IMG/VR virus record: IMGVR_UViG_3300021255_002126
Coordinates: 4,253-68,252 of that record
DNA from: a virus
DNA length: 64,000 nt
Direction: 5' to 3' (one strand)
The notes under the pieces were generated by a model. The model did not search any database. It was not told the origin of the DNA and worked only from the letters and a program-made list of their open reading frames with translations. Position numbers and translations under genes: made by a program. Positions within the stretch are counted from its first letter, which is position 1. The number at the start of each line of letters is the position of its first letter. This document shows positions 29,134 to 39,256 of this stretch, piece by piece.

Positions 29134-29462
29134 ATTTTACATTGGTGTTGGTAGGAGTGAAACCCTTTCACGACAAACTCCCTCTTCTCCTGTGGTGCGC
29201 CTTTCCCCCAAAAGCAAATCCTTACTTTTTCTCCTGTATGGAACTCCCTTGTTCTCTTCGGTAGATATATGGTGTAGGAGTATTGTAACTCTACGCCATC
29301 TGGGAGCGTAATCTTGTTTGCTTGTCCTGCTGGAACGACATCACATTTGCCTAACCTTAACCACTTCTCGGTGCCTTCATGGAAATCACCATTCTCATCC
29401 TCGTACTCATCCGTATGAATGAGATATTCAAGGATATGTGGTTTCATCGTTAGTATCGGCAT
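29124..29462 (-). CDS. Head closure protein
   Basis: Position and size. Confidence 0.6.
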   Translation of the reverse strand: MPILTMKPHILEYLIHTDEYEDENGDFHEGTEKWLRLGKCDVVPAGQANKITLPDGVELQYSYTIYLPKRTREFHTGEKVRICFWGKGAPQEKREFVVKGFHSYQHQCKMWV

Positions 29463-29465
29463 ATT

Positions 29466-29795
29466 TCAACAGTTGATGTAAACCATCGGCTTGGCTTCGT
29501 CGATGACTTCTTCCTCACCGATGGCTTTATATATGGAGTTTGCGATTGCTAAGAGTCTTTTTCTGACCTCATCCGATAGAGAACCTACTGACTTGTCCGA
29601 CTCCGAAAAGTTCACCGCCTGTATCAAAGTCACAAGACAATCAGCATAAGCACCTCTGTACTCAGTAGACTTTGCAACGTCTAATGTGTACGTTTCGTCC
29701 CCATTGATGCCTCTGGCAACAAGTTTGTTTTCAACCTTGCCTTCTGGTATGGGATAAATGATTTCGTCTATCAATGCTTCTCTGATTGTCTTCAT
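29466..29795 (-). CDS. Head-tail adaptor protein
   Basis: Directly after capsid gene. Confidence 0.6.
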   Translation of the reverse strand: MKTIREALIDEIIYPIPEGKVENKLVARGINGDETYTLDVAKSTEYRGAYADCLVTLIQAVNFSESDKSVGSLSDEVRKRLLAIANSIYKAIGEEEVIDEAKPMVYINC

Positions 29796-29806
29796 AACTC
29801 TGATTT

Positions 29807-31138
29807 TTAACTAACAGGCGTAAGTGCAGCAAAGAACACCTCCTCTTCCTCGTCGCTCAGAGCGTTGACCTTCTTCATGATGGTCTCGTCCTTTGCTGTG
29901 GCAGAGGTCTTGTAACCCATAGTTGTCAACTGTGCGGCTACATCACTCTTGCTATACTTATTGCCGTTAATGGTGATGTAAACATCTTCGGTGTCATCTT
30001 CCTCTGCTTCTGGGTCAACCTCGTAAGCATTACTCTTGTCGAGAGTGTAAATCATGTCTACATTCTCAATAACAGGAATTACTAATGCCTCGCCAGTTGT
30101 ATGCTCAATAAGAGGTTTCGTTGTCGAATACTCAGAAATCAACTTGTATTGGTCGATAGTCTGGTAGTTTACGCCGTTTACAGGATTTGTTACCTCAGCA
30201 AGTGTTCCCCATACAAGCGAACCTACCTGCATAGAAGAGAGGAATACCAACTTATCTGCATTAAACGGCTTCTTCGGTGTACGATGACCATTCTTCTCGA
30301 AGTAAACTGTGCGGTCAATCTTCAAGAATTCAATGCCTCCGAACTCTGTAGCAAATGCCTCATCAAATGCCGTTGCATTAGGTATAGGCAAATTTGTCGA
30401 GTCTGTGTAAGACATGTCCTTTGAATCGGCAACCAACTCACGAGCCCAACGCTCTTTCTTCATCTCACGATATGTTGAGAGAGCAATAGCAATGGTGGTG
30501 ATTGTCACACCGTCAGAGTTCGCCTTGTTGATAACTCGCTCAATATCATCACGGCTAATATGACCAAGAACCTCTACACCGAAATGGTTGCCTGGGAACT
30601 TGTCATAACCGAACGACACGCGAAGTGCTGTACCTGTATTCTCATCATCTGGTACTGCCATAACGCCGTCAGAAAGAGCGGAGAGGAAATTAGCCTCGTT
30701 CTTTTCATCAATACCTACTGAGCAATAAACGGCATCATCTGCAAAGCGCTGGATAATGCGCTGACGCTGAGAAGCGGCTGCAGCATTGTTTCCGCCTGCC
30801 ACAAGCGCTTGGTACTGAGCATTCATGATGTTGAGGGTGTTGATGTCTGTCTCACCCTTTTTCTTTTCCATACCAATCTTTGGCAATTTGCCGTTTGATG
30901 TTGCTATAGAATCGCGCTTCTTAACTGGAAGCGGAGAATCCATTGCAACCATATCAGCAGCAACATAAACCGTATTGGCAGATGTTCCCTCCCACTTCTG
31001 GTCTGCGCTGTACACAGGTTCCAACATCTCTTTGTGGAGGTATGTCATGGCCTTGCCGTTATTCACCTTTGTTGTCACATAGAGCGACAATTTTGGGAAA
31101 AGCGCCATGATAAACTGAATGAATAATGATTCTTGCAT
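29807..31138 (-). CDS. Major capsid protein
   Basis: VAADMVAMDSPLPVKKR..GKLPKIGM motif; follows scaffold and decoration genes. Confidence 0.85.
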   Translation of the reverse strand: MQESLFIQFIMALFPKLSLYVTTKVNNGKAMTYLHKEMLEPVYSADQKWEGTSANTVYVAADMVAMDSPLPVKKRDSIATSNGKLPKIGMEKKKGETDINTLNIMNAQYQALVAGGNNAAAASQRQRIIQRFADDAVYCSVGIDEKNEANFLSALSDGVMAVPDDENTGTALRVSFGYDKFPGNHFGVEVLGHISRDDIERVINKANSDGVTITTIAIALSTYREMKKERWARELVADSKDMSYTDSTNLPIPNATAFDEAFATEFGGIEFLKIDRTVYFEKNGHRTPKKPFNADKLVFLSSMQVGSLVWGTLAEVTNPVNGVNYQTIDQYKLISEYSTTKPLIEHTTGEALVIPVIENVDMIYTLDKSNAYEVDPEAEEDDTEDVYITINGNKYSKSDVAAQLTTMGYKTSATAKDETIMKKVNALSDEEEEVFFAALTPVS

Positions 31139-31170
31139 ATCCTATTCTTCTGGTTTATTGGTTCTGCAAC

Positions 31171-31581
31171 TTAGTCGTGCATAAACACGAGGCTCGGAAG
31201 TGCAGTCTTCAGAGCAGCCTTAATTGATGTTACTGGGTACGGACTTGCGATGTCGTTTACCTCGCCTGCGTACATGATACCTACAAGAGGATAATCAACA
31301 GGCTTGGTAGCAACTACTACACCCACATACTCGTAACCACTTGGCAATGATGCGTATGCTTCACCGCCAGAGGCAACAGGCATTGGCTTGTAGAGAGTTT
31401 CATCCGTAGTGCTGCGGATAACCACATGACCTGCACGAATACATTTAAGGTCTGAGGGGAAATCCGTCATGTCAAGAGTACGGCCACCAACAATGCCGGC
31501 ACCATACTTACGAATTACGATTGAGTCATTTGCTGACAAAATGCGTATTCCTTCTGAGTTCAAATCTGCTTGTGCTCCCAT
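31171..31581 (-). CDS. Head decoration protein
   Basis: GGRTLD...IRAGHVVI motif; between scaffold and capsid. Confidence 0.65.
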   Translation of the reverse strand: MGAQADLNSEGIRILSANDSIVIRKYGAGIVGGRTLDMTDFPSDLKCIRAGHVVIRSTTDETLYKPMPVASGGEAYASLPSGYEYVGVVVATKPVDYPLVGIMYAGEVNDIASPYPVTSIKAALKTALPSLVFMHD

Positions 31582-31595
31582 AATTGGTTTTTGTT

Positions 31596-32360
31596 TTACT
31601 TTGTTTCTTTCTTTCCGCCAGCGAGAGCGATCACCTCATCGTCTGACAGTTCGTCATATTTGTTTTTTTCGTTGCTTTTATGACCCTTGCCCGCTGGAAT
31701 GTCACCGAGTTTCTTCAAACCCTCATTCGCCCGCTCTTGGTTAAGGTCATCTAAATCCTTCTGCACTTCATCAAGATAATCATCAAAAGATTCATCATCT
31801 TTAAACGTCATGTGGTCGAATTGCTTTAATACCGACTTGCCGAACGTACCTGTGTCTTCTACGAGTTTTTTAAGTTTGGTGCGCCTCGATTCATGCACAC
31901 GGTCGCCCTGCATGGTGTCAATCTGACCTTTCAATGACTTGATAGCCTCACTCTGCTCTTTTAGGAGTCTCATGAGTTCGCTATCCTCTGAACTGCTGTT
32001 GGATTTCCGATTCTTGCTCTTTCCCCGCTGGCGGTTTTCTTCCACGTCATCGTTCTGACCATCGTCGTCAGAATCATCATCATTTTCATCGTCATCTTCG
32101 TTACCCTGCTGGGCACGCATACGTTGAAGTGATGTTTGGATAGAGCGCTGAGCCACGGACTGGCTCACTTCTAAGAACGGGAGTGCCGCTTCAACTGCCG
32201 TTTCTATGGCTGCGTCAACATCCTCGTCCGAGGCATCTTCTTCGAGTTCAAGGTTCTTGTCAATCTTCAGCGCAAGACCCTCTAACTCCTTACGATTGAA
32301 ACCGAGCGCCTTAGTCTTCGTTTTCAATAAGGCGAAAACCTTTCGTTGTCTTTTGTTCAT
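31596..32360 (-). CDS. Capsid scaffolding protein
   Basis: Acidic coiled-coil, first gene of head operon. Confidence 0.7.
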   Translation of the reverse strand: MNKRQRKVFALLKTKTKALGFNRKELEGLALKIDKNLELEEDASDEDVDAAIETAVEAALPFLEVSQSVAQRSIQTSLQRMRAQQGNEDDDENDDDSDDDGQNDDVEENRQRGKSKNRKSNSSSEDSELMRLLKEQSEAIKSLKGQIDTMQGDRVHESRRTKLKKLVEDTGTFGKSVLKQFDHMTFKDDESFDDYLDEVQKDLDDLNQERANEGLKKLGDIPAGKGHKSNEKNKYDELSDDEVIALAGGKKETK

Positions 32361-32463
32361 CGAATGTAATTTTGGTTAATACTACTGATACGCTGTAACT
32401 GCGCATCGTAGATTACCAACAACTGAAGGCTTTCTTTGCGCATCTACATACGCTTTCTTGCTA

Positions 32464-32506
32464 CAAAAATACAAAACTTTTGGTTTTTCTGCTTGAAAAC
32501 AAAGCA
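32464..32506 (-). promoter_or_regulatory. Promoter + TGCTT-N7-AAGCA operator (capsid operon)
   Basis: TATTTTTG box at 32464-32471; palindrome at 32490-32506. Confidence 0.7.
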
Positions 32507-32593
32507 CATTTTATTAAATTCTTACTAAATTCATATCTACCTTTGGGATTTTTGAGATATTTCACTACCTTCGCATAAGCAAACGAAACAACT

Positions 32594-33097
32594 ATGGAAT
32601 ACTACAAAACACCTTCATGGGTGCAAATAGCAAAAACAGCGTCATCGGGAAGCATGCGAGTCTTGAAGAAGGAACTCGAGGAACGTTACACACAATTCGC
32701 CATTCTCCCCGTGAAACTTTTTTGGGAAATCCCAGACAGTCTTGGTTACATCAACGTGCCCACAAAGACATTGGTCGGCATGGAGAATAAATTGCAAAAG
32801 GAACTCTCAAAAAAGAAACTTCTTGACGAATGCGTTTCACGAAACAACCAAGGCATCGCTCTCGAAAATAGGGGAGATGTTGATGCCGCAATAAGCATCT
32901 ACGAGGAAAATATCAAACCTGGTTGTTATCCGGCTATGCACTCGTTTGATAGGTTACTCATCTTATACAGGAAAAACAAAGATTTCAAAAACGAGTTGCG
33001 AGTCTGCAAGAGAGCAATAATTGTATTCAAGAAAATGGACAAATACAGCGAACGGCTGAAAAAGATTGAAGAACTTATCTCTAAAACACTAAAATAG
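32594..33097 (+). CDS. TPR-containing moron protein
   Basis: NNQGIALENRGDVDAAISIYE TPR-like helices; opposite strand with own terminator. Confidence 0.75.
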   Translation: MEYYKTPSWVQIAKTASSGSMRVLKKELEERYTQFAILPVKLFWEIPDSLGYINVPTKTLVGMENKLQKELSKKKLLDECVSRNNQGIALENRGDVDAAISIYEENIKPGCYPAMHSFDRLLILYRKNKDFKNELRVCKRAIIVFKKMDKYSERLKKIEELISKTLK

Positions 33098-33128
33098 GTG
33101 TCTAAGAACTCGCTTAGACACCTTATTC
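33093..33128. terminator. Bidirectional terminator
   Basis: GGTGTCTAAG-AACTCG-CTTAGACACC between convergent genes. Confidence 0.75.
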
Positions 33129-33146
33129 TTACAGGGTGTGAGATTA

Positions 33147-33350
33147 TTAAATCATTCTCATCAAGAACTCTTCAAGGTAATCTGGTTCTACTCCCATTTC
33201 ATACATCAGGTCTTCTATGTCTTCGATTCGGCATTCCTCATCTGTGAGCATCTCTCTTCCAATACTTGCTTGCTCTTCGATGAACCTATCCGCCTCCTTT
33301 TCGGTAATCTCGAGTGACCTGCTTACAGCATCAGTCAATATTCTTGCCAT
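33147..33350 (-). CDS. Small acidic protein
   Basis: ORF in early cassette. Confidence 0.65.
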   Translation of the reverse strand: MARILTDAVSRSLEITEKEADRFIEEQASIGREMLTDEECRIEDIEDLMYEMGVEPDYLEEFLMRMI

Positions 33351-33364
33351 AATGTCCTCCTTTC

Positions 33365-34042
33365 TTAAATTGCCGTTGATACATACTTGATGGCCGAGTC
33401 ATTCTGTCGGAAAGCGAACTGACAGAGTGCATCCCCTACTTTGAATACTGTCCACTTGGTTATCTCCTCACCTACAGGAATGCCGCATGCAGATTTCCAA
33501 AAACTACCCGCCGTTCTTATGGTCTTTCCCTTCTTACCTCCGAGTGCCTTGCATACCTCAGCGAAAGTCTTCCATCCGAAGCCGTCAACGTTAACTAACA
33601 TCTTCGTGCTTATTTTACGTTCAGTGTCACTCTCCTGCTTGAAATACTCCTTGACAATGCAATAGCGGTTGAGCGCCTTGTTGCCCTTCTTCAGCAGTTC
33701 CTTGATTTCCTCGACATCGATAACGGCATCCAACTCTTCGTTACAGTCAAATTGGTATTCCGGTTCATCGACCTCCTTGGGTTCCTCAAGAATGTCCTCG
33801 ACCTTACCTACCTCATCATTGGTGATGGTCACCTCCTCGACAGGAGCAAGGTTCTCTTCTTGCTCGATGGCTTCCGTGGCGCCAGCCTTCTTGCGGTAGT
33901 GGCCGACCAGTGAGGAAAGGCTGCGCTTACCTGCTACGTTCTCGTACTCCTGGAACAAATCTTTGTTCAGTTCCATTGCGGTTGCAAACTCGTTGTTCTC
34001 AAAGTTAGCCTTGATGGCTGCTTTCAATTCTTCTTTCTTCAT
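33365..34042 (-). CDS. Hypothetical early protein
   Basis: AGAGCAATG start. Confidence 0.75.
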   Translation of the reverse strand: MKKEELKAAIKANFENNEFATAMELNKDLFQEYENVAGKRSLSSLVGHYRKKAGATEAIEQEENLAPVEEVTITNDEVGKVEDILEEPKEVDEPEYQFDCNEELDAVIDVEEIKELLKKGNKALNRYCIVKEYFKQESDTERKISTKMLVNVDGFGWKTFAEVCKALGGKKGKTIRTAGSFWKSACGIPVGEEITKWTVFKVGDALCQFAFRQNDSAIKYVSTAI

Positions 34043-34068
34043 TGCTCTAAATTTTTAAAAAGTTTTAC

Positions 34069-34338
34069 TTATAATAGTCTCCATATGTCATTGGCAACAT
34101 CGCTGCCGTATTTTATTGCGATGATGATGAGCATCCTTTCAGATGCCTCATGCCTTTCCTTGAACTCATCCGTCGTAATGCCGTCTCTGTTGACATACTC
34201 TTCGAAAAATTTGCTGTACTCCGGGTAGTCAAAGAAATCCGCTACCATCTTCAATGCCTCTGCGTGGCAGTTGTAACTTGTCTCTTTTTCAACCTTTCTT
34301 AAAAGGGTAGAAAACCGTTTCTTGTCTATCGTCTCCAT
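34069..34338 (-). CDS. Hypothetical early protein
   Basis: AGAGCAATG start; first gene after promoter repeat 3. Confidence 0.75.
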   Translation of the reverse strand: METIDKKRFSTLLRKVEKETSYNCHAEALKMVADFFDYPEYSKFFEEYVNRDGITTDEFKERHEASERMLIIIAIKYGSDVANDIWRLL

Positions 34339-34367
34339 TGCTCTCCTTGTTTAAACGTTAAAAATAA

Positions 34368-34474
34368 TGTTTCTTATATTACATTGTAAAGGTAGTCATT
34401 TTTTGGCAAATTACCAAGCGTTTTTCAAGTTATTATTTCTTCTAACAACTTGATTTTTATATATTTAACTTTTG
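34368..34474 (-). promoter_or_regulatory. Early promoter repeat, copy 3
   Basis: TTGG-N7-CCAA, TACCTTTA (34387-34394), ATATAAGAAACA leader. Confidence 0.8.
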
Positions 34475-34562
34475 CAGAAACTCCGTCGTAAAAATATGAC
34501 TACGATTCCTTTCCAATATTCCAAAATCTTTTGTATCTTTGCAAGGACAAAAGATAGCGTCT

Positions 34563-34763
34563 ATGACAAAAGAAGAAGCATTACAGATCGCCAAGAAATT
34601 TCTGAAGGAGAACAACTGGCATTACAAAAAGATTTCCTTATCCGAGGAAACGGACGAAGGGATTGTGTTCGACCTACACATTCCTCAGATTTTTGACGGA
34701 GATTTCGGTGGGCCGTTTAGTGTCTTAGTTCAGTCCTCAAAGGAATGTAAGATTATCGAGTAA
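34563..34763 (+). CDS. Small protein, candidate immunity protein for MuF toxin
   Basis: MTKEEALQIAKKFL...; own TATCTTTG box at 34534-34541; 3' end overlaps MuF 3' end. Confidence 0.6.
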   Translation: MTKEEALQIAKKFLKENNWHYKKISLSEETDEGIVFDLHIPQIFDGDFGGPFSVLVQSSKECKIIE

Positions 34764-36450
34764 CAACATCTGCGATGTATTTCGTATTGATTAATTTGTC
34801 GTCAATACGAACAACATCTATTCCTTTAATATACCAAACGTTGTCTTTCGCTATTAAATCAAGCCAATCCTTAAAGACTCTCTTCGTTTGTGGACAAACT
34901 ATCTGCAGTGTTCCGTCAGAAAGTCTTTCGGCAACCAATCTGTGACCTCCCCTATTCATTCGGACGTATGCCAGTTGGTATATGCCCCTCTCTTTCGTTG
35001 CTTCATCCAACTGACTTAATGCTTCTCCCACGGGGTTCTTCTCACCGATATTTTTGCAAGTATTTTTAATGGCAGCCTTTTCTCCATTTTTTGGATTCAG
35101 ATACATAATTGACTGGTTCTCACGAAATGCAATCTTATACGGAATACTGTCTTTGAGAGTAATGTCAAGTCCAACTGCTTTAACGTCAAATCCCATACGT
35201 CTCATGAGATATGCAACCACGCTACACTGACAATTATACCTGTATTCCGATGCTCCATCTGTACGGTCTGCATTTGCTCCTTCGAGAGCATCTTGTATAG
35301 TTTGTAATGCGTCACGCTTAATCTTCAGGGTATCCTCCACTGATTGTAGATTGGCGAGCTGTTCCTTAGACAAGGATATAACCTCTTTGGAATTATTCTT
35401 GAGAAAACTGCCGATATTTTCATTGGCTCCAGAATCTAATGTCATAACCGTGCTTTTGTTTCTCACGAAATTATCCTTGTACCAATAAGGCAATGAAGAG
35501 CGTTCATTGGCATCGGCTATCCTGTCTGTATTATTGGCAATCCATTCTTTCATTCCTTGAGGAACATCTTTGACTGTTTCAACATCTTCTTCTTCCCAGA
35601 ATTCTTCCTCAGTCTTTAGGATAGGTATTACATAGCACATGCAGTTCGGGTGCCAGCCGAGAAAGATGAAGTCCTTCGGGTACTTTCCTGCAAGGTCGTC
35701 ACATATGTCAGGCACATGGTGGCCGTTCTGGGTGGTCTTAACCTCATAGCCAAGCACAAAGTCGAACTGTTTCCAACGTTCCTGCTCTGCCTTGCGGTAG
35801 GCCATATTTATCTCCGACCGAGCGAGGCGGATAGACCGATATTCACAATCCTGACAAGTGAAAGCATTTCCGAACTTCTCCTTATAATCATGCTTTAGGG
35901 AAGGGAAATCGACAAGGTATTTGCTCAACCGCTTTGAGAGAGTGACTGCGCTTGTCCCTTTCTCTATTGCAGAAGATATAGCATATTCCATTTCCGTCTT
36001 ATACTCCTTGGTCTGATTCCATAACTTTTGCGACAAATTCAAGCCTTTGTCCTTCCGCTCCTGGAAAGCCTTCAGCACATCTGAATTAGCCTGATAGTAA
36101 ACCCTGTGCTTTTTACCTCCTGCCTTGCTGCCATAGAATTTCAGAACCTTGTCAGCAAGCAAATCCTGAACAAGATTACTCTCGTTCCACTCTGCATTTG
36201 TTCCACCATATATGACCGCTCGGAGGTCGCGAACAAAAGCGGACTGCACCTCCTCGAACTTCTTTTTGGCAAGTGGATAGTCTGCGAAGCGGAACGGCAC
36301 CGAACCATCGTATGATGTCCGGACAACAGACTTCGCAATCTCCTTGTTCAAGGTATCATAAACCGACTGCACCCTATCCGCATATCTTGCAAGACGGATA
36401 GCATGCGCCCGCCATCTGGCCTTCTGATTGATACCCTTTGGTTTTGCCAT
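34753..36450 (-). CDS. Minor head protein (MuF/SPP1 gp7-like) with C-terminal papain-fold toxin domain
   Basis: RLARSEIN.AY, CDDLAG.YP, HPNCMC MuF motifs; NCQCSVVAYLMRRMGFDVKA...GGH...CPQT tail. Confidence 0.85.
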   Translation of the reverse strand: MAKPKGINQKARWRAHAIRLARYADRVQSVYDTLNKEIAKSVVRTSYDGSVPFRFADYPLAKKKFEEVQSAFVRDLRAVIYGGTNAEWNESNLVQDLLADKVLKFYGSKAGGKKHRVYYQANSDVLKAFQERKDKGLNLSQKLWNQTKEYKTEMEYAISSAIEKGTSAVTLSKRLSKYLVDFPSLKHDYKEKFGNAFTCQDCEYRSIRLARSEINMAYRKAEQERWKQFDFVLGYEVKTTQNGHHVPDICDDLAGKYPKDFIFLGWHPNCMCYVIPILKTEEEFWEEEDVETVKDVPQGMKEWIANNTDRIADANERSSLPYWYKDNFVRNKSTVMTLDSGANENIGSFLKNNSKEVISLSKEQLANLQSVEDTLKIKRDALQTIQDALEGANADRTDGASEYRYNCQCSVVAYLMRRMGFDVKAVGLDITLKDSIPYKIAFRENQSIMYLNPKNGEKAAIKNTCKNIGEKNPVGEALSQLDEATKERGIYQLAYVRMNRGGHRLVAERLSDGTLQIVCPQTKRVFKDWLDLIAKDNVWYIKGIDVVRIDDKLINTKYIADVVTR

Positions 36451-36848
36451 TATTTAGGGAGATAATTCTGTAAAACTTTCCAACTCATTTTTGCAATCCA
36501 TCCGGCAAGATAGGCAAAATGTTCATCGTCATGCTTAGTGTAGTTTACACCTATTTCGCTGAATATCATATTAGCTGCATGTATGCTTTCGTGAGTTATG
36601 GAAGAAACTATCTGAGAACCGCCTTCTGCGAGCAATTCTTTAGTATAATGAATGACTACACCTTTCCATTCTAAATCCCCTTTTTTTACGACTGGTAAGG
36701 TAATAGCAAATGCTCCACTGAAAGCATCCTCCGTAATTTCCTCGTCTTCTGTTCCAACAAACGATGACATTACGGTTTCCTCACTATCATAGACAACCCA
36801 TAACTTTCGTGGATATATTTCATTGTCAAATTCATATATCTTTTTCAT
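36450..36848 (-). CDS. HExxH metallopeptidase-like protein
   Basis: ITHESIHAA...DEHFAYL. Confidence 0.7.
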   Translation of the reverse strand: MKKIYEFDNEIYPRKLWVVYDSEETVMSSFVGTEDEEITEDAFSGAFAITLPVVKKGDLEWKGVVIHYTKELLAEGGSQIVSSITHESIHAANMIFSEIGVNYTKHDDEHFAYLAGWIAKMSWKVLQNYLPK

Positions 36849-37039
36849 GATTTCATCTTGAAATGTTCTACACATGCTCTCTGACTCAGCAGCACGCACT
36901 TGGATTGCGTCCAGTAAGGACACTCGCCCATCGTAGGTTCCCCTTTAATACTAAGAGTATGAAACCTGGTAACTAACGTGACGTTGCAACACTCTTTGCA
37001 ATAGTGTTCTGAAATTGGCAATTTACTTTTCTTCTTCAC
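36845..37039 (-). CDS. Small Cys-rich protein
   Basis: CKEC...CP...C. Confidence 0.6.
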   Translation of the reverse strand: MKKKSKLPISEHYCKECCNVTLVTRFHTLSIKGEPTMGECPYWTQSKCVLLSQRACVEHFKMKS

Positions 37040-37388
37040 GTTCGTTGTCTGGCCTCCTTACATAAATCTTTAACTCACCACTTATGCGATAATTCCCGTG
37101 ACTTTCCTTTACATCATACTCTATAAGATGATTCGCATCTATACACCCTATAACATGCTTGCGAATGTTGCGTTTAACCTCTCTTATAAGACCACTCTTA
37201 CCCTCACGCAAAGACATCCTCGCTCCATCCTTGAAACGATATTCCTTTATGTCTTTCTTCGTGACCTCATAGGTCAATCCTATTTTCTTGGCTTCATAAT
37301 CCTCTACCACCTGCGCATTTTCAATACAGGTATCTGGGTCGAGTCTCTTCGCGACCAACAACAACCATTTTGCTAATCTCTTTTTCAT
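37023..37388 (-). CDS. Hypothetical protein
   Basis: ORF following portal. Confidence 0.65.
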   Translation of the reverse strand: MKKRLAKWLLLVAKRLDPDTCIENAQVVEDYEAKKIGLTYEVTKKDIKEYRFKDGARMSLREGKSGLIREVKRNIRKHVIGCIDANHLIEYDVKESHGNYRISGELKIYVRRPDNEREEEK

Positions 37389-37405
37389 GATGTATGGGAG
37401 TTATG

Positions 37406-38848
37406 TTATTCTGCCGACGCACCGCCAAAGATGTCTTGCACACGACTCTCCAACGAAGCATTTTGCTCATTTTGATATTCCTCGTAGGTTGCATCTGGGT
37501 CTTCAGATACACCCGCTTTTCTGATAGACTCCAAGTGACCTATGAGAGGTTTGTCACCATTTGCCTTCATCCATTTCTCTATCTCGTACTTCTCATCATT
37601 TTGAACGAATGGAGTAATGATATGCTCAACATCGATATTATCTATCTCCGATGCCCACTTTACATTCATCTTCTTCAAAAAGGCTTTAATTACATTACAC
37701 TCTCTTTCCAAGAACTCTATCCAAGCACCTGCCTCATCTCCTATCTTTAAGTGGGCGTCTGTAAACAAAGTTTGTCTTGCATCATATCCAATACTTCCCA
37801 AACCTTTTAAGTTGTCAAACGATACATCCGGCATTTGCGCTTGCATAAAGAACAACTTTATCAGCATGTCTATATGGTACTTTAGAGCCTCTACCGACTG
37901 TTGCCAAGAAACGTAAGACACGTCACCTCCGTTTGCCATTCTGAATGCCCTACGGGCATCACCTTTCGCTTCTTCTCCAATTATATCTCCCGAAATCTTT
38001 AACACTGGTGCCGAGTTGTAGGCTATCACATCACTATTACGAGACAAAGTGTACTCCATCTCTTCTCGCAGATAAGATAACCCATGATAAACGGGAGCAG
38101 GCCTCCACAAGTATACTCCTGGTATCTTCATGATGTTTATCTTCTCCCCGCTGACCTCTTCTCCGTCTTCCGAAGATGACACACTTATCTCCGACCAGCC
38201 ATCAGATGCCAAACTGTCTCGCTTCCATATATAATGCCTGTCTGCCGTGAAAGTCTCAAAGTATGTTACTGAGGTAGAACCTACTTTCTTCTCATATTCA
38301 AAGGACATTGCAAGCATATCATCCATTTCATCAATGAGAGGGTACAACTTATATCCCTCCATTGGCGAGTACGTCTTACACTTTAACTTATACTTGCTTG
38401 GAAAACCATACAAGGTATTATCTCTCTCCACAGTGTACCATATAGTAAAAATCTCACATGCGGCATAGTAAGCAAGTCCTCTTTTTAAATTAACCGAATC
38501 AATGCGTGCATGCTTGTATATAGATTCAATGGCATTCGCTATATCCTTACGGACATCCGTGTCAAGGTTAGAATACACTCTCTTTACAGGTAGAGAGAAT
38601 GTGTATTCGTTGTAACGATGCGAAAGCAATTTCTCCATGCCAACATAGATTCTGCTTGCTTTTTCAACAACTCCGTCAGATCGTTGCCTATCCTTACGGC
38701 CTATCATATCATGAACTATCTTATGATTCGTTGGCTCGTACTCTTTTAGCAAGGATGCCCAATCTGGCACCTCTACTGACTTTTTCTTTAACTCATTAAT
38801 AATAGTGCCGACGGAACCGGCATTGAAGATTTCTTTGATAGATAGCAT
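37406..38848 (-). CDS. Portal protein (SPP1 gp6-like)
   Basis: 480 aa, between terminase and MuF. Confidence 0.85.
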   Translation of the reverse strand: MLSIKEIFNAGSVGTIINELKKKSVEVPDWASLLKEYEPTNHKIVHDMIGRKDRQRSDGVVEKASRIYVGMEKLLSHRYNEYTFSLPVKRVYSNLDTDVRKDIANAIESIYKHARIDSVNLKRGLAYYAACEIFTIWYTVERDNTLYGFPSKYKLKCKTYSPMEGYKLYPLIDEMDDMLAMSFEYEKKVGSTSVTYFETFTADRHYIWKRDSLASDGWSEISVSSSEDGEEVSGEKINIMKIPGVYLWRPAPVYHGLSYLREEMEYTLSRNSDVIAYNSAPVLKISGDIIGEEAKGDARRAFRMANGGDVSYVSWQQSVEALKYHIDMLIKLFFMQAQMPDVSFDNLKGLGSIGYDARQTLFTDAHLKIGDEAGAWIEFLERECNVIKAFLKKMNVKWASEIDNIDVEHIITPFVQNDEKYEIEKWMKANGDKPLIGHLESIRKAGVSEDPDATYEEYQNEQNASLESRVQDIFGGASAE

Positions 38849-38871
38849 ACGCCCAAAATGTTATAACGCCG

Positions 38872-38903
38872 CAAATATACAAAAAATGCTTGAAAGTCAA
38901 GCA
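38872..38903 (-). promoter_or_regulatory. Promoter + TGCTT-N7-AAGCA operator (portal operon)
   Basis: TATATTTG at 38872-38879; TGCTTG-AAAGT-CAAGCA at 38887-38903. Confidence 0.75.
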
Positions 38904-38965
38904 CAAATCTTTAAAAAATGTGCGTGCCTCAAGCATTTTTTTGTACTTTTTTGCTAAATCTGCGT

Positions 38966-39253
38966 CTATTTACCTCTCATCTCTGCGTATGCCTGTGTGA
39001 ACTGAATCGACTTGCTTAACATGTCGATTATCTCCTTTTTCTTTCCTACAAAATATTTCACTCCGCTAAATCTAAACGGCACATAATGACCCTCCTTCCA
39101 TTGAAAGGTCTCTATATACCACTTGGAACCATAGTATCGAGTAATGCCGTTACATTCCTCCATGATTGACCTTCTGACGGCACTCAACTTGAATACTCCG
39201 CTGTCGCTGTATATGAGTATTCGTTTCCCTGTATTCTCACACACCTTGCTCAT
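38966..39253 (-). CDS. Hypothetical protein
   Basis: 95-aa ORF. Confidence 0.65.
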   Translation of the reverse strand: MSKVCENTGKRILIYSDSGVFKLSAVRRSIMEECNGITRYYGSKWYIETFQWKEGHYVPFRFSGVKYFVGKKKEIIDMLSKSIQFTQAYAEMRGK

Positions 39254-39256
39254 ATA

